Assembly: GCA_963693055.1 (NCBI GenBank)
Contig: OY843751.1
Span: forward strand, 4,864,001 to 4,928,000
Source: a bacterium
GTDB taxonomy: Bacteria; Zhuqueibacterota; Zhuqueibacteria; Residuimicrobiales; Krinioviventaceae
Direction of reading: 5' to 3'
DNA length: 64,000 nucleotides
The translations under genes were made by a program, and so were the position numbers. Under the pieces are notes generated by a model that was given only the letters and a program-made list of their open reading frames with translations, was not told the origin of the DNA and did not search any database. Shown here one piece after another: positions 51,485-61,963 of the stretch (positions within the stretch are counted from its first letter, which is position 1; every line of letters begins with the position of its first letter).

Positions 51485-52468
51485 ATGGTATCAAAAACAC
51501 ACTGGAAAAACCTGACCCGCTTTATCTCCAACGGTGAACATTTCCTGCTCACCACGCATATTAATCCGGATGGAGACGGGTTGGGCAGCCAAATTGCAAT
51601 GGCTGAATATTTGAAACAATGTGGTAAAAACGTAACACTGATCAACAACAATCAGACTCCGGTTTATTTCAGCTTTCTGGATCCTGAAAACCAGATCCAA
51701 ATCTACAATCAGGAGTTGGATGAGATAATCAAATCTGTTGATGGTGTCATTATTGTAGATATCAGCGACTGGGAACGATTGGGCAAATTGGGCCAGGTTA
51801 TCAAAACCAACAACATACCTGTTGCCTGCATTGACCATCATATACCCACAGATACAATGGGTGAAACACAGATCCTGGATCAGACGGTCTCTTCAACCGG
51901 AGAACTGGTGTATCAATATCTTGCAGATCAGAATGCGGATTTTGGTGACAGAATCCTGTCTGCATTGTACACAACGATTTTGACAGATACGGGATCGTTT
52001 CGGTTTTCCAATACAACCCCACAAACGCATCGCATAGCCGCTGACTTGATAGAGCGTGGGGCAGATTTTAAAATGATCTTTAAAAACATTTACGAAAGCC
52101 ACTCAAAAAACCGCGTGCGGCTGACCGGAGAATTATTGAGTAACCTGCAATTTGCATGTGATGACAGATTGGCCTGGTTTGTGCTGTCTAAAGAACTGAT
52201 TGAAAGATGTGGTGTAGAAAACTGGGAGCTTGAAGGGTTGTCAGAACTTCCCCGGCACCTGAAAAATCTGGAAATCAGCATCATGTTCACAGAGATTGAT
52301 AAAGGCACAAAGGTAAGCTTGCGTTCAAGCGGCAACATTCCTATTAATGGCCTGGCGAACCTGTTCGGTGGTGGCGGACACCAGTTTGCATCTGGTGCTT
52401 TGCTGAAAATGGATAAAGATAAAGCCATTAAAACCATCATAGAAGAAGCTAAAAAACTATTCAATTAA
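51485..52468 (+). CDS. nrnA: Bifunctional oligoribonuclease/PAP phosphatase (DHH family)
   Basis: THINPDGDGLGS, IDHH, TDTGSFRF, SLRS, GGGGH. Confidence 0.92.
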   Translation: MVSKTHWKNLTRFISNGEHFLLTTHINPDGDGLGSQIAMAEYLKQCGKNVTLINNNQTPVYFSFLDPENQIQIYNQELDEIIKSVDGVIIVDISDWERLGKLGQVIKTNNIPVACIDHHIPTDTMGETQILDQTVSSTGELVYQYLADQNADFGDRILSALYTTILTDTGSFRFSNTTPQTHRIAADLIERGADFKMIFKNIYESHSKNRVRLTGELLSNLQFACDDRLAWFVLSKELIERCGVENWELEGLSELPRHLKNLEISIMFTEIDKGTKVSLRSSGNIPINGLANLFGGGGHQFASGALLKMDKDKAIKTIIEEAKKLFN

Positions 52469-52481
52469 ACCAGTTTAGTCT

Positions 52482-55400
52482 ATGACCCAAAATGATGAAA
52501 AAATTGAATTATTGCACCACCTGTCAGAATTATCACATTCCGGCTATGATCCCGCAAATGTATTCAAACAGATGCGCAACACAACCGAACAACTCTTGAA
52601 TTGTGATTCTGTTCTGGTGATGATCAATGATCATGACAATAACAATTTGACTGCGGCCAATCATTTTAACAACTTTTCATCGTCATTTAACAATCTGACA
52701 ATTCCCTATTCTGATCCGCTGGTCATTGATATTCTTGTAAATAAAAAATACAAGAGCAGACTGGTCCCTGAAAATCCCCTGCTGCCGTCATCAAAATCAG
52801 AAGTATTTGTACCCATCCAGTCTCCACAAAAGATAATAGGCTGTCTCTATCTTGGCAGAATCAAAGAAACCGCATTTTCTCCCAATGAAATCAAGTGGGC
52901 TGAAATGGCAATCGGTTATTTTACATCCGTTATGGAACGTACCGAATGGGAAAAGGAAAAATATCAATATCAGGGCAGCCAGCAAAAATCCAAGTCGCTT
53001 ACCATATCATTTATAGAGTCTTTGCAACAACCAGCTGTTATTATTGACATCCACAAAGATAAATTTTATCAGATTAATGCTGCGTTTACAGATCTGTTTG
53101 AAATCAGTCAAAATGATCTTTCAAATCTTGCTTTTTCAGCAATGTGTCGTGATCATTTAAAAATCAAAGATCTGGATCCTGAGGCAAAACAAAACTTAAT
53201 CACCAACTGGATCTACAAAGATAACCAGCTAAAGAGCCTGAAAACCATATTTACATTTTTAGATAATGTAGAAACAGGCATGCTGTTATTGATCTTTCAG
53301 GAAGAAAAACAAAACACTCAGGAGCTAGACAATTTCTGGCTGCATGAACTGTTTGCTTCTTTGAGCGCATTTTCCTTTCAGGATCTTCAAAATGATTATA
53401 GAAATACAGCAAGTATTATCTTTAATCAGTTCAATACTGATTGTCTCACCATTCACCGTACTCTGAACAAAAATGTTCAAACGCTTGCATGTTATGAAAA
53501 CAAAGACGGAGCAGCCATAGACGCGGCTGACTCGATTTCAAAATTGGTAAATCCCAATTATTTACTATCCATTGCAGAAAAAAACAAGCCCCTCTATCTT
53601 GCAGATATTTCTAAAACCAAAGAGCTCGAAAAACTTGCCAATTCCGGCATCCAGTCTGTCACATGTATTCCTTTATCCATAAACAACCAAAGTATGGGAA
53701 TGCTAACGCTCTGCTGTAAAGAATCCGGCACATGGAACTCGAAAGATAAAATAAAATTGGCAAGCATTTCTCAAATCTCTACCTATTTTATCTTTTCTCC
53801 TCAACTATTGACCGAGTTGAATACCACCAGAGAATACCAGAATTTGATGGAAAAGGCTATAAAACAGACGTTTTCCGATCAACCTCTAGAAACCAAAGTT
53901 GTGAATATTGCCCAAAACCTGATAGAGCAGATACCCTTTGATTACTTTTCTCTCACGTTGTTTGATGATACCGGTAATATTGAAAAAGCGATTGATCTGG
54001 CCCTGCCCGAGTCAATAGATGCATTTGAAACACCACTCCAACAGGAAAAAATCAAAGACAGTCAGCTTGCTAGAGTGCATCAGGAATTGAAAAATTCCTC
54101 CACTAAAGCAAACATAATGCAGCCCTTTAGACTTCCCTTTTCTTTACCGGCACATACAAGTGTAGTAATGGTTAGCGGAGAACGGTATTTAGGAAATTTT
54201 GCATTAGGACGGTCGCAAAAGACACCTTTTACACGCAAAGAAACTGATCTTTTAAAAATGCTGGGCACTTTTTTCTCCAGCGCGGTTTCATTGCAAAACA
54301 ACAATAAAAATGATCTTTGGATTAAAGCCAAAGCCATTCAGGAGCATCTCCAGCCGGACCTGCAAAAGGAGATCAGCAAACAGGATTTGTTAAAATCGAT
54401 TTGTGACACCGTTTCAACCGTTTTCGAAGGTACGCAATGTAAAGGCGCGTTTGTTCATGAAAATATGCGTATTCTGGAATTGTTTGATTGGATTTCGCGG
54501 CAATCGCTGAAACATTTATCCGTAGCTAAAATCAAAAAATTGTTACTTGAATTATCAAAATCTCGCAAACCGGTTTTAATTTCAAATCTTAACCAGTTCA
54601 AACAGGTGATATGCGTTCAAGAAGCAACTGACAAAGATTTAACTTTATTCAAACCCTTTGTCATCTCGCCCATATTTAAAAACGAAAAAATCCACGTGCT
54701 GATGCTGACCAGTTGGAATAAACCCCATGTTCCCGACAATAATTCAATGCTGGCACTGGAAATGTACACCAATCAGGCTAAAACCATCCTCCAGAACTTT
54801 GAGCAGCTTCAGGCTTTACAGCAAAAAGCAAATGCCCTTGAAGATTATGCGCACATGGCAGCACACGAGCTAAAGTCACCGCTGCAAACCATAAAAAACT
54901 ATGCATCAATTCTCAAAGAAGACCTGAGCGAAAAGGTTGATCCCGATGCCGAACAATATTTAAACAGATTACTGATCAACCTGGACAATATGGAAAATAT
55001 GATCTCGGAATTACTAAACATGTCCAGTCAGCAGCACACAGAATCAGAAATGATTGAATTTGTTCCCCAACCGGTTATTCAAAAATCTCTGGCGGCACTT
55101 GAAAAAATGATCCAGGAAAGTAAAGCCGAGATAAAAATTGACAAGTCCTTGCCCAAAATATATGCAAACAAACACGGATTTGAGCATATTATAACAAACC
55201 TGGTTTCTAATGCAATTAAATACACAAAATCTACAGATACCCCGCAAATAACTATCTATGGACGCAAAAACGGCAGCAAAACAGAAATCACCGTTGCCGA
55301 TTTGGGTATGGGGATTGCAGAAAAAGACCTGGATAAAGTGTTTGAACCGTTTTTCAAACAAAATGACACGCCGGGTCAAAAAAGCACGGGCTTGGGATTA

Positions 55401-55505
55401 CCCCTGGTTAAAAGAATTGTAGAACAGCACGAGGGCACACTCAAAATAGAATCCCAACTCAATAAAGGGACACGTTTTATTATTACATTCCCAAATAAAA
55501 AATAA
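52482..55505 (+). CDS. Multi-GAF/PAS sensor histidine kinase
   Basis: GAF-like segments (VFVPI...IGCLYL; CIPL...MGML), HisKA AAHELKSPL, NLVSNAIKY, DLGMGI, STGLGL; no TM evident. Confidence 0.85.
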   Translation: MTQNDEKIELLHHLSELSHSGYDPANVFKQMRNTTEQLLNCDSVLVMINDHDNNNLTAANHFNNFSSSFNNLTIPYSDPLVIDILVNKKYKSRLVPENPLLPSSKSEVFVPIQSPQKIIGCLYLGRIKETAFSPNEIKWAEMAIGYFTSVMERTEWEKEKYQYQGSQQKSKSLTISFIESLQQPAVIIDIHKDKFYQINAAFTDLFEISQNDLSNLAFSAMCRDHLKIKDLDPEAKQNLITNWIYKDNQLKSLKTIFTFLDNVETGMLLLIFQEEKQNTQELDNFWLHELFASLSAFSFQDLQNDYRNTASIIFNQFNTDCLTIHRTLNKNVQTLACYENKDGAAIDAADSISKLVNPNYLLSIAEKNKPLYLADISKTKELEKLANSGIQSVTCIPLSINNQSMGMLTLCCKESGTWNSKDKIKLASISQISTYFIFSPQLLTELNTTREYQNLMEKAIKQTFSDQPLETKVVNIAQNLIEQIPFDYFSLTLFDDTGNIEKAIDLALPESIDAFETPLQQEKIKDSQLARVHQELKNSSTKANIMQPFRLPFSLPAHTSVVMVSGERYLGNFALGRSQKTPFTRKETDLLKMLGTFFSSAVSLQNNNKNDLWIKAKAIQEHLQPDLQKEISKQDLLKSICDTVSTVFEGTQCKGAFVHENMRILELFDWISRQSLKHLSVAKIKKLLLELSKSRKPVLISNLNQFKQVICVQEATDKDLTLFKPFVISPIFKNEKIHVLMLTSWNKPHVPDNNSMLALEMYTNQAKTILQNFEQLQALQQKANALEDYAHMAAHELKSPLQTIKNYASILKEDLSEKVDPDAEQYLNRLLINLDNMENMISELLNMSSQQHTESEMIEFVPQPVIQKSLAALEKMIQESKAEIKIDKSLPKIYANKHGFEHIITNLVSNAIKYTKSTDTPQITIYGRKNGSKTEITVADLGMGIAEKDLDKVFEPFFKQNDTPGQKSTGLGLPLVKRIVEQHEGTLKIESQLNKGTRFIITFPNKK

Positions 55506-55619
55506 TATTTTTTTAGGAGTATTTTTTTATATTTTAATGTTAAATTAGCATTGATTTGTAATAACTTTTAATTAGTAAATTATTGACAAAATTAGTATTT
55601 ATCACTACATTCTGTTTGA

Positions 55620-56627
55620 ATGATTGCAGAAACTTTCCATAAAGGAACTTTTGTGAACGCAACCGAAATATTCTCAACTGTACAACACCATTTAGACAAT
55701 TTTGAAATAGCCCTTAACAAGAAATTACATTCTAATATACCGCTTGCCGAGACTGTTGTCAGGTACGTAGCTGATAAACGCGGAAAACGTCTTCGGCCGC
55801 TTTTGGTTTTCCTTACCGCTGAAATGCATGGAACCCCAAACGATGTTACCATGGCTTCGAGCCTGGTTATAGAATTATTGCACACTGCAACACTGGTGCA
55901 TGATGATGTTGTTGATGATTCAGAGTTGAGAAGAGGCCACCCAACTGTTAACAGCCTTTGGAATAGCAAAATCTCCATATTGGTGGGTGACTTTTTATTC
56001 TCCAAAACCTTGTCAACCATGGTTGATTTGAAGAGCATTCAAGCGCTCGCAATACTATCAGATTCTGCAAATCAAATCACCGAAGGTGAATTGCTTCAAA
56101 TGGACCAGGAATATCTTAACGGTCTAAATGAGTCTATCTATTACGAACTAATAACGAAAAAAACCGCATCTCTTTTCAGTGCTTCATGCCAGTTGGGTGC
56201 CTTGTCCGTCTCTGCCGATGAACTTGCCATCAAACGTATGGGATTGTTGGGCGAAAATTTAGGGATAGCGTTCCAGATTACAGATGATCTGTTGGATTAT
56301 ATTGGGGATGAAAAAATTCTCGGTAAACCGGTGGGAAACGACATTCGGGAACATAAAATCACATTACCACTGATCTTTGCGTTAAACAAAGCCGAAACGC
56401 CTGTGAAGGAAAAAATTCTTGCTCATTTTGACAATGGCACCTTTTCAGACAAGGAAATTAAACATATTATCGACTTTGCTCACGACTATGGCGGCATAGA
56501 ATACACCAAACAGACTGCTAATACATTTGCAAACAAGGCGTCATCCGTGCTTTCCGCGTATCCCGATTCCGAATACAACCAAACCCTAAAGCAGCTGGTT
56601 GCATTTTCAATCAACCGCGATGTCTGA
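55620..56627 (+). CDS. Polyprenyl diphosphate synthase (IspB-like)
   Basis: GKRLRP, LHTATLVHDDVVDDSELRRG, KTASLF, FQITDDLLD; start may be GTG at 55653. Confidence 0.92.
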   Translation: MIAETFHKGTFVNATEIFSTVQHHLDNFEIALNKKLHSNIPLAETVVRYVADKRGKRLRPLLVFLTAEMHGTPNDVTMASSLVIELLHTATLVHDDVVDDSELRRGHPTVNSLWNSKISILVGDFLFSKTLSTMVDLKSIQALAILSDSANQITEGELLQMDQEYLNGLNESIYYELITKKTASLFSASCQLGALSVSADELAIKRMGLLGENLGIAFQITDDLLDYIGDEKILGKPVGNDIREHKITLPLIFALNKAETPVKEKILAHFDNGTFSDKEIKHIIDFAHDYGGIEYTKQTANTFANKASSVLSAYPDSEYNQTLKQLVAFSINRDV

Positions 56628-56729
56628 TACTGCACAGCAAACATATTCCACGGTTAAAATTCTGTTTTTGAATTTCACAAATTTTATTAAATTTAATAAA
56701 ATCCGGTATATAAATAGGGTAATTGATCT

Positions 56730-57764
56730 TTGAAAATGGCAGCCCCGGAAAAAATACTGCTTATTCGACTCAGTTCTATGGGAGATATTATCCTTACTAC
56801 TCCCCTGGTTCGGATATTGAAAAACAAATATCCAAATGCAGAAATTGATTTTGTGGTGAAATCACAATTTCAGGATGTTCTTGCCGCAAATCCGCATATC
56901 CATACATTATGGACACTGGATACAAGAGCAGGCAAATCCGCAATGCGGGATTTAAAGCAGAAATTTCTTTCCTGTAATTATGACTGGGTGGTTGATATAC
57001 ACAAAAACTTTCGCAGCAGCTATTTAAAACGCGGCTTGAAAGCAGTTTTTTTCTCGTATAAAAAATATAGACTGATACGATTTTTACTGGTTAAATTCAA
57101 TATCAACCTGTATTCTGAAATTATCCCCGTCAGTCAACGTTATATTTACAGCGTGCAATCTGTGGGAATAGAGAACGATCACAAGGGTGTTGAATTTTTT
57201 CTAAATTCAGATACGCGTAACATAATTCATAACAAACTCGTTGAATTAGGAGCCTTAAATCAACCCATTGTATGCATTGCACCCGGAGCGGGTTTTTGGA
57301 ACAAGCGCTGGCCCCTTGAATACTTTAGCCAGGTTGCTCACGAATTGAATGAAAACCACAATATGAATGTATTTGTTATGGGTGATTCACGGGACAAACC
57401 CCTGGCTGCTGAAATACTAAAAAATTGCAGTAAAAACATTTTTGATTTTACCGGTCAGTTCAGCATAATGGAATCAGCTTGCGCTATGGACCATGCAAAT
57501 CTGGTTCTCACCAATGACAGTGGATTAATGCATATGGCTGCCGCGCTGAACAAAAAAACGCTGTCAATTTTTGGTCCCACATCGCGGGAACTGGGGTTTT
57601 TCCCACAGCACCCGCAGGCAGTAGTACTTGAAAATGCGGATCTGAACTGCAGACCCTGCACACATATGGGATCTAACAAATGCCCAAAGAAGCATTTTAA
57701 ATGCATGAAAGATATAAAACCAAAACAGGTAATACAAGAACTTTTACAATTGTTTTATTCATAA
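56730..57764 (+). CDS. waaF: LPS heptosyltransferase (GT9, WaaF-like)
   Basis: IRLSSMGDIIL, APGA...KRWP, NDSGLMHMAAA, FGPT, CRPC. Confidence 0.82.
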   Translation: MKMAAPEKILLIRLSSMGDIILTTPLVRILKNKYPNAEIDFVVKSQFQDVLAANPHIHTLWTLDTRAGKSAMRDLKQKFLSCNYDWVVDIHKNFRSSYLKRGLKAVFFSYKKYRLIRFLLVKFNINLYSEIIPVSQRYIYSVQSVGIENDHKGVEFFLNSDTRNIIHNKLVELGALNQPIVCIAPGAGFWNKRWPLEYFSQVAHELNENHNMNVFVMGDSRDKPLAAEILKNCSKNIFDFTGQFSIMESACAMDHANLVLTNDSGLMHMAAALNKKTLSIFGPTSRELGFFPQHPQAVVLENADLNCRPCTHMGSNKCPKKHFKCMKDIKPKQVIQELLQLFYS

Positions 57765-57779
57765 ACAAAGGAAAAGCCT

Positions 57780-58154
57780 TTGCAAGGAAAAGCATTAGCC
57801 GAACAGATATCTCAACTTGTTCTTGATATCAAAGGACAGGATATTGTAATTATGGACCTTCAGGGTCTTACATCTATTGCGGATTATTTTGTAATCTGTA
57901 CTGTAGACAGTGACGTGCAGGCCAAAGCCATTAAAAACCACATTGCCGATGAACTGCTCTACCAATCCGTTCGTCCCTGGCATGTTGAAGGTACTAACAA
58001 CCTCAACTGGGTACTGATGGATTTTGTGGATGTGGTAGTCCATATCTTTTTAAAGGAATCTCGTGATTTCTATTCTCTTGAAAGATTGTGGGGAGATGCA
58101 AAAATTACACAAATAAAGGACGATGATGAAACCTCTGGAACACATACGCAATAG
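57780..58154 (+). CDS. rsfS: Ribosome silencing factor
   Basis: KGQDI, DYFVICT, WVLMDFVDVVVHIF, RDFYSLERLWGDA. Confidence 0.95.
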   Translation: MQGKALAEQISQLVLDIKGQDIVIMDLQGLTSIADYFVICTVDSDVQAKAIKNHIADELLYQSVRPWHVEGTNNLNWVLMDFVDVVVHIFLKESRDFYSLERLWGDAKITQIKDDDETSGTHTQ

Positions 58155-59784
58155 TATAAAAAAAGCACTTGAAGAAAACGGATTCGACGCATCCGATAAA
58201 ACCCTGCTAAGCCTCGAAAAACCGAAACAGGCTGAACATGGTGACATCTCTTCTACAGTTGCCATGAACCTGGCCAAAATCGCTAAAAAAGCGCCCCGTC
58301 AGATCGCGCAGGATCTGGTTAACAGCCTGAATAAGAAACTGGATCCGGACTATATCACCAAAATCGACATTGCGGGACCCGGTTTTATTAATTTTTATCT
58401 TGCTGAAAAATGTCTGCAGCAATCCGTTCTTACCATACTGAATGAAGCCAGAGATTTTGGTAAAAGCAATTGGGGTGACGGCTACAAAATCAATTTTGAA
58501 TTTGTAAGTGCCAACCCTACGGGTCCTTTGAATATTGTAAGCGCGCGCGCTGCTGCTGTTGGTGATGTATTAACCACCCTGTTCAACATGGTGGGATACG
58601 AAGCAAAGCGGGAATACTATATTAATGATGCCGGCAGACAAGTCCGGTTGTTGGGTGCTTCGGTCAGTGCCCGTTACATGACCGAGCTGGGCAACGAACA
58701 ACCCGTTCCCGAAGATGGCTATCATGGTGAGTATTTGATAGACCTGGCTAAAGAAATTTTTGCTAAAGATGGCGATAAATATGCCTCACTAGCCGATGAT
58801 GAAAGAGCCGCCACTTTGGGACGCATGGCACTGGAATATATGATTGGTCGTCACAAAGCCAGCATGAAAAACTATCGTCTGGAATATGATGAATGGTTTA
58901 ACGAAACCCGCATCCGCGAAGCAAACGCGCACCAAAAAGTGCTTGATCATTTTGCAAAAACAGACATGAGCTATGAAAAAGAAGATGCGCTCTGGTTCAG
59001 ATCATCTCAATTTGGTGATGAAAAAGATCGCGTACTCATTACCAGCCAGGGTGAACCGACATATTTCCTCATCGACATTGCATATCATCAAAATAAATAT
59101 GATCGTGGATTCGAAACACTGATCGATTTCTGGGGTCCCGACCATCACGGTTACATCCCCCGTATGAGTGCCGCATTACAGGCATTGGGTCATCCCAAAG
59201 AGAAATTTGATGTCAGCATCATCCAGCAAGTCAATCTGCTGCGCAGCGGCAAAGCCATAAAAATGTCGAAACGCGCCGGTGAGATTGTAGAAATGGACGA
59301 GCTCATTAACGAAGTAGGTGTGGATGCCGCACGATACTTTTTTGTAGATCGTCGTATCTCGCAGCCATTGGATTTTGACATTGATCTGGCAAAGAAACAA
59401 AGCGATGAAAATCCGGTTTTTTACGTTCAATACGCGCACGCACGCATCTGTAACATTATGCGTCATGCGCAGGAAAATGGAGTAGAAATTCCGGAAACTG
59501 CGGACATGTCTCCCATGACCAACACTTTCGAGTTGGCGCTTGTTATTAAACTGCTCGACTTTCCTGAAATGGTCACCAAAGCAGTTGAGAATATGGAACC
59601 GCACCGTATCACCAATTATTTGCACGAAACCGCAACGGTATTTCATAAATTTTATCACGAGAACCGGGTAGTAACCGAAGACAAAGCAATGACAGCGGCC
59701 AGATTAATGCTCTGCAAGGCAGCTAAACAGGTTATTGCCAACGGATTGGATGTTTTAGGTATTTCTGCACCCGAAAACATGTAA
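58123..59784 (+). CDS. argS: Arginine-tRNA ligase
   Basis: GPGFINF, EFVSANPTGPL, EYYINDAG, MSKRAG, NPVFYVQYAHARI. Confidence 0.97.
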   Translation: MMKPLEHIRNSIKKALEENGFDASDKTLLSLEKPKQAEHGDISSTVAMNLAKIAKKAPRQIAQDLVNSLNKKLDPDYITKIDIAGPGFINFYLAEKCLQQSVLTILNEARDFGKSNWGDGYKINFEFVSANPTGPLNIVSARAAAVGDVLTTLFNMVGYEAKREYYINDAGRQVRLLGASVSARYMTELGNEQPVPEDGYHGEYLIDLAKEIFAKDGDKYASLADDERAATLGRMALEYMIGRHKASMKNYRLEYDEWFNETRIREANAHQKVLDHFAKTDMSYEKEDALWFRSSQFGDEKDRVLITSQGEPTYFLIDIAYHQNKYDRGFETLIDFWGPDHHGYIPRMSAALQALGHPKEKFDVSIIQQVNLLRSGKAIKMSKRAGEIVEMDELINEVGVDAARYFFVDRRISQPLDFDIDLAKKQSDENPVFYVQYAHARICNIMRHAQENGVEIPETADMSPMTNTFELALVIKLLDFPEMVTKAVENMEPHRITNYLHETATVFHKFYHENRVVTEDKAMTAARLMLCKAAKQVIANGLDVLGISAPENM

Positions 59785-59800
59785 GAACAAGGAGTTATTT

Positions 59801-60730
59801 ATGAGTAATGTATTGGTAGTTGGATCAATGGCTTACGATTCTGTAGAAACCCCGCAGGCCAAAGTAGATCGTGCCCTGGGTGGTTCAGCCACATTTTTCT
59901 CTGCTGCAGCCGGTAATTTTGCACCGGTTAACCTGGTTGCCGTTGTGGGAGAAGACTTTGATCATAACGACATTGCCTTTTTAAAAGATAAACAGGTCAA
60001 CCTGGACGGCCTCACAACCGAACCGGGAAAAACCTTTTTCTGGGCCGGAAGATACCTGGAAAACATGAACGACCGCGAAACACTAGACACCCAGTTGAAC
60101 GTTTTTGAAAAATTTGATCCGATATTGCCGGAATCCTATCGCAACAGCGAATATGTATTTCTCGCCAACATCATGCCCGAACTGCAGACCAAAGTCGTAG
60201 AGCAGATCAAAAATCCCAAATTTGTTGCAATGGATACCATGAATTTCTGGATCACCGGAGCACTCGATCCATTAAAAACTATTTTATCCAAAGTGGATGC
60301 GCTTGTGATCAATGACTCGGAAGTACAGTTATTATCCGGCAAGAACAATATCTTTACCGGTGCACGTATCATCCAGGAAATGGGTCCCAAAACCCTGATC
60401 ATTAAAAAGGGTGAACATGGCGCAATTCTGGTCCATAATGACAACTATTTCACATGTCCGGCAATACCGGTAGAAAACCTGTTCGATCCCACAGGTGCCG
60501 GTGATACATTTGCGGGTGGACTTATGGGTTATCTGGCAATGACCGATAATGTGAATCAAGAAAACCTGCGTCGCGCCATGATTATGGCAACCACAATGGC
60601 CTCTTTTTGTGTGGAAGCGTTCAGCGTAGATCGTCTCAAAGGCCTTGAAAAAGCAGAGATTCAGGAACGTGTTCACAAGCTGCTCAATCTTATTCATGTG
60701 GAATATGATAACGACTGGGTTAAACTATGA
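59801..60730 (+). CDS. PfkB family carbohydrate/nucleoside kinase
   Basis: LGGSATF, DTMNFWI, KKGEHGA, DPTGAGDTFAGG. Confidence 0.92.
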   Translation: MSNVLVVGSMAYDSVETPQAKVDRALGGSATFFSAAAGNFAPVNLVAVVGEDFDHNDIAFLKDKQVNLDGLTTEPGKTFFWAGRYLENMNDRETLDTQLNVFEKFDPILPESYRNSEYVFLANIMPELQTKVVEQIKNPKFVAMDTMNFWITGALDPLKTILSKVDALVINDSEVQLLSGKNNIFTGARIIQEMGPKTLIIKKGEHGAILVHNDNYFTCPAIPVENLFDPTGAGDTFAGGLMGYLAMTDNVNQENLRRAMIMATTMASFCVEAFSVDRLKGLEKAEIQERVHKLLNLIHVEYDNDWVKL

Positions 60731-61146
60731 GCATAGTTACGGAAACCATTACCGTTTCCACTCGCGGCAATACAGACATTCACGACATTACCCGTCAGGC
60801 CGCAGATAAATTAAAATCCTGTGGATTGACAGCAGGAACCGTTACATTTTTTGTATCCGGTTCTACCGCAGGTTTAACAACGGTTGAATTTGAACCGGGT
60901 TTAATGCAAGACCTGCCCGAGATGTTTGACAAAATTGCCCCCAAAGGTATACCCTATCATCACGATGCCACCTGGGGCGATGGTAACGGCCACTCGCATG
61001 TACGGGCATCATTACTGGGTCCGTCATTAACCGTTCCCTTTGTAAACGGCAGCATGATGCTGGGTACCTGGCAGCAGATCATTTTGATCGATTTTGATAA
61101 CCGGTCGCGTAGCCGCGATATTGTAATGCAAATCATGGGCGAATAA
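60727..61146 (+). CDS. yjbQ: YjbQ/UPF0047 family protein
   Basis: GSTAGLTTVE, YHHD, NGHSHVRASLLG, LGTWQQI. Confidence 0.92.
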   Translation: MSIVTETITVSTRGNTDIHDITRQAADKLKSCGLTAGTVTFFVSGSTAGLTTVEFEPGLMQDLPEMFDKIAPKGIPYHHDATWGDGNGHSHVRASLLGPSLTVPFVNGSMMLGTWQQIILIDFDNRSRSRDIVMQIMGE

Positions 61147-61169
61147 ACACCTTAAATAGATTAGGATAC

Positions 61170-61195
61170 AGCCCTGCTTCGGCAGGGCTTTTTTT
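61170..61195 (+). terminator. Intrinsic terminator after yjbQ
   Basis: AGCCCTGC-TTCG-GCAGGGCT followed by a T run. Confidence 0.85.
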
Positions 61196-61198
61196 ACG

Positions 61199-61963
61199 AT
61201 GATAAAGATCAGAAACCTCACATTCTCATTCAACAGCCATGAGGAAAAGCGCACCATCCTAAATAACATTAACCTGGATTTCCATCCGGGTGAATCTGTG
61301 GTTATTATGGGGCCCAATGGCTCTGGAAAATCCACACTGGCGCGCTGTTTGAACGGATTACATATGCCGGATTCCGGTACTGTCTCGGTGGACGGAATGC
61401 TCACTACAGATGAAAAGCAATTGCTCGATATCCGCAGACAGGTGGGCATGGTGTTCCAGAATCCCGACAACCAGATCGTTTCCGCAACCGTCGAACGCGA
61501 GATTGCATTCGGATTAGAAAACCTGGGCATCCCATACGAAGAGATGCGCGAGATCGTGGTCGCTAAACTACACGAATTCGATTTGTATCCCTACCGTACC
61601 CAATCACCGCACTATTTATCCGGTGGAGAGAAACAGCGTTTGGCCCTGGCCGCGGTACTGGCTATGGAACCGGAATACCTGGTACTGGACGAGCCCACAT
61701 CTTTGCTCGATCCCTATAACCGCAAAAGCATTCTGGATATTATTCAGTACCTCAACAAACGTGAGGACAATCCCCTTGCAACCATCCTCATCACCCAATT
61801 CCCGGACGAAGCCCTCACCGCAGATCGATTGGTAATCGTCCACAAGGGAGAAATTTTCATGGACGACAAACCAGACACCATTTTTAAACAGGTAGACACC
61901 CTGCTCGAGATCGGCCTCGAACCCCCGGTGCAGTATGTACTGGAGAGATTGAACAGCTATTAG
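61199..61963 (+). CDS. ecfA: Energy-coupling factor transporter ATPase
   Basis: GPNGSGKST, VFQNPDNQIV, AFGLEN, LSGGEKQR, LDEPTSLLDP. Confidence 0.9.
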   Translation: MIKIRNLTFSFNSHEEKRTILNNINLDFHPGESVVIMGPNGSGKSTLARCLNGLHMPDSGTVSVDGMLTTDEKQLLDIRRQVGMVFQNPDNQIVSATVEREIAFGLENLGIPYEEMREIVVAKLHEFDLYPYRTQSPHYLSGGEKQRLALAAVLAMEPEYLVLDEPTSLLDPYNRKSILDIIQYLNKREDNPLATILITQFPDEALTADRLVIVHKGEIFMDDKPDTIFKQVDTLLEIGLEPPVQYVLERLNSY

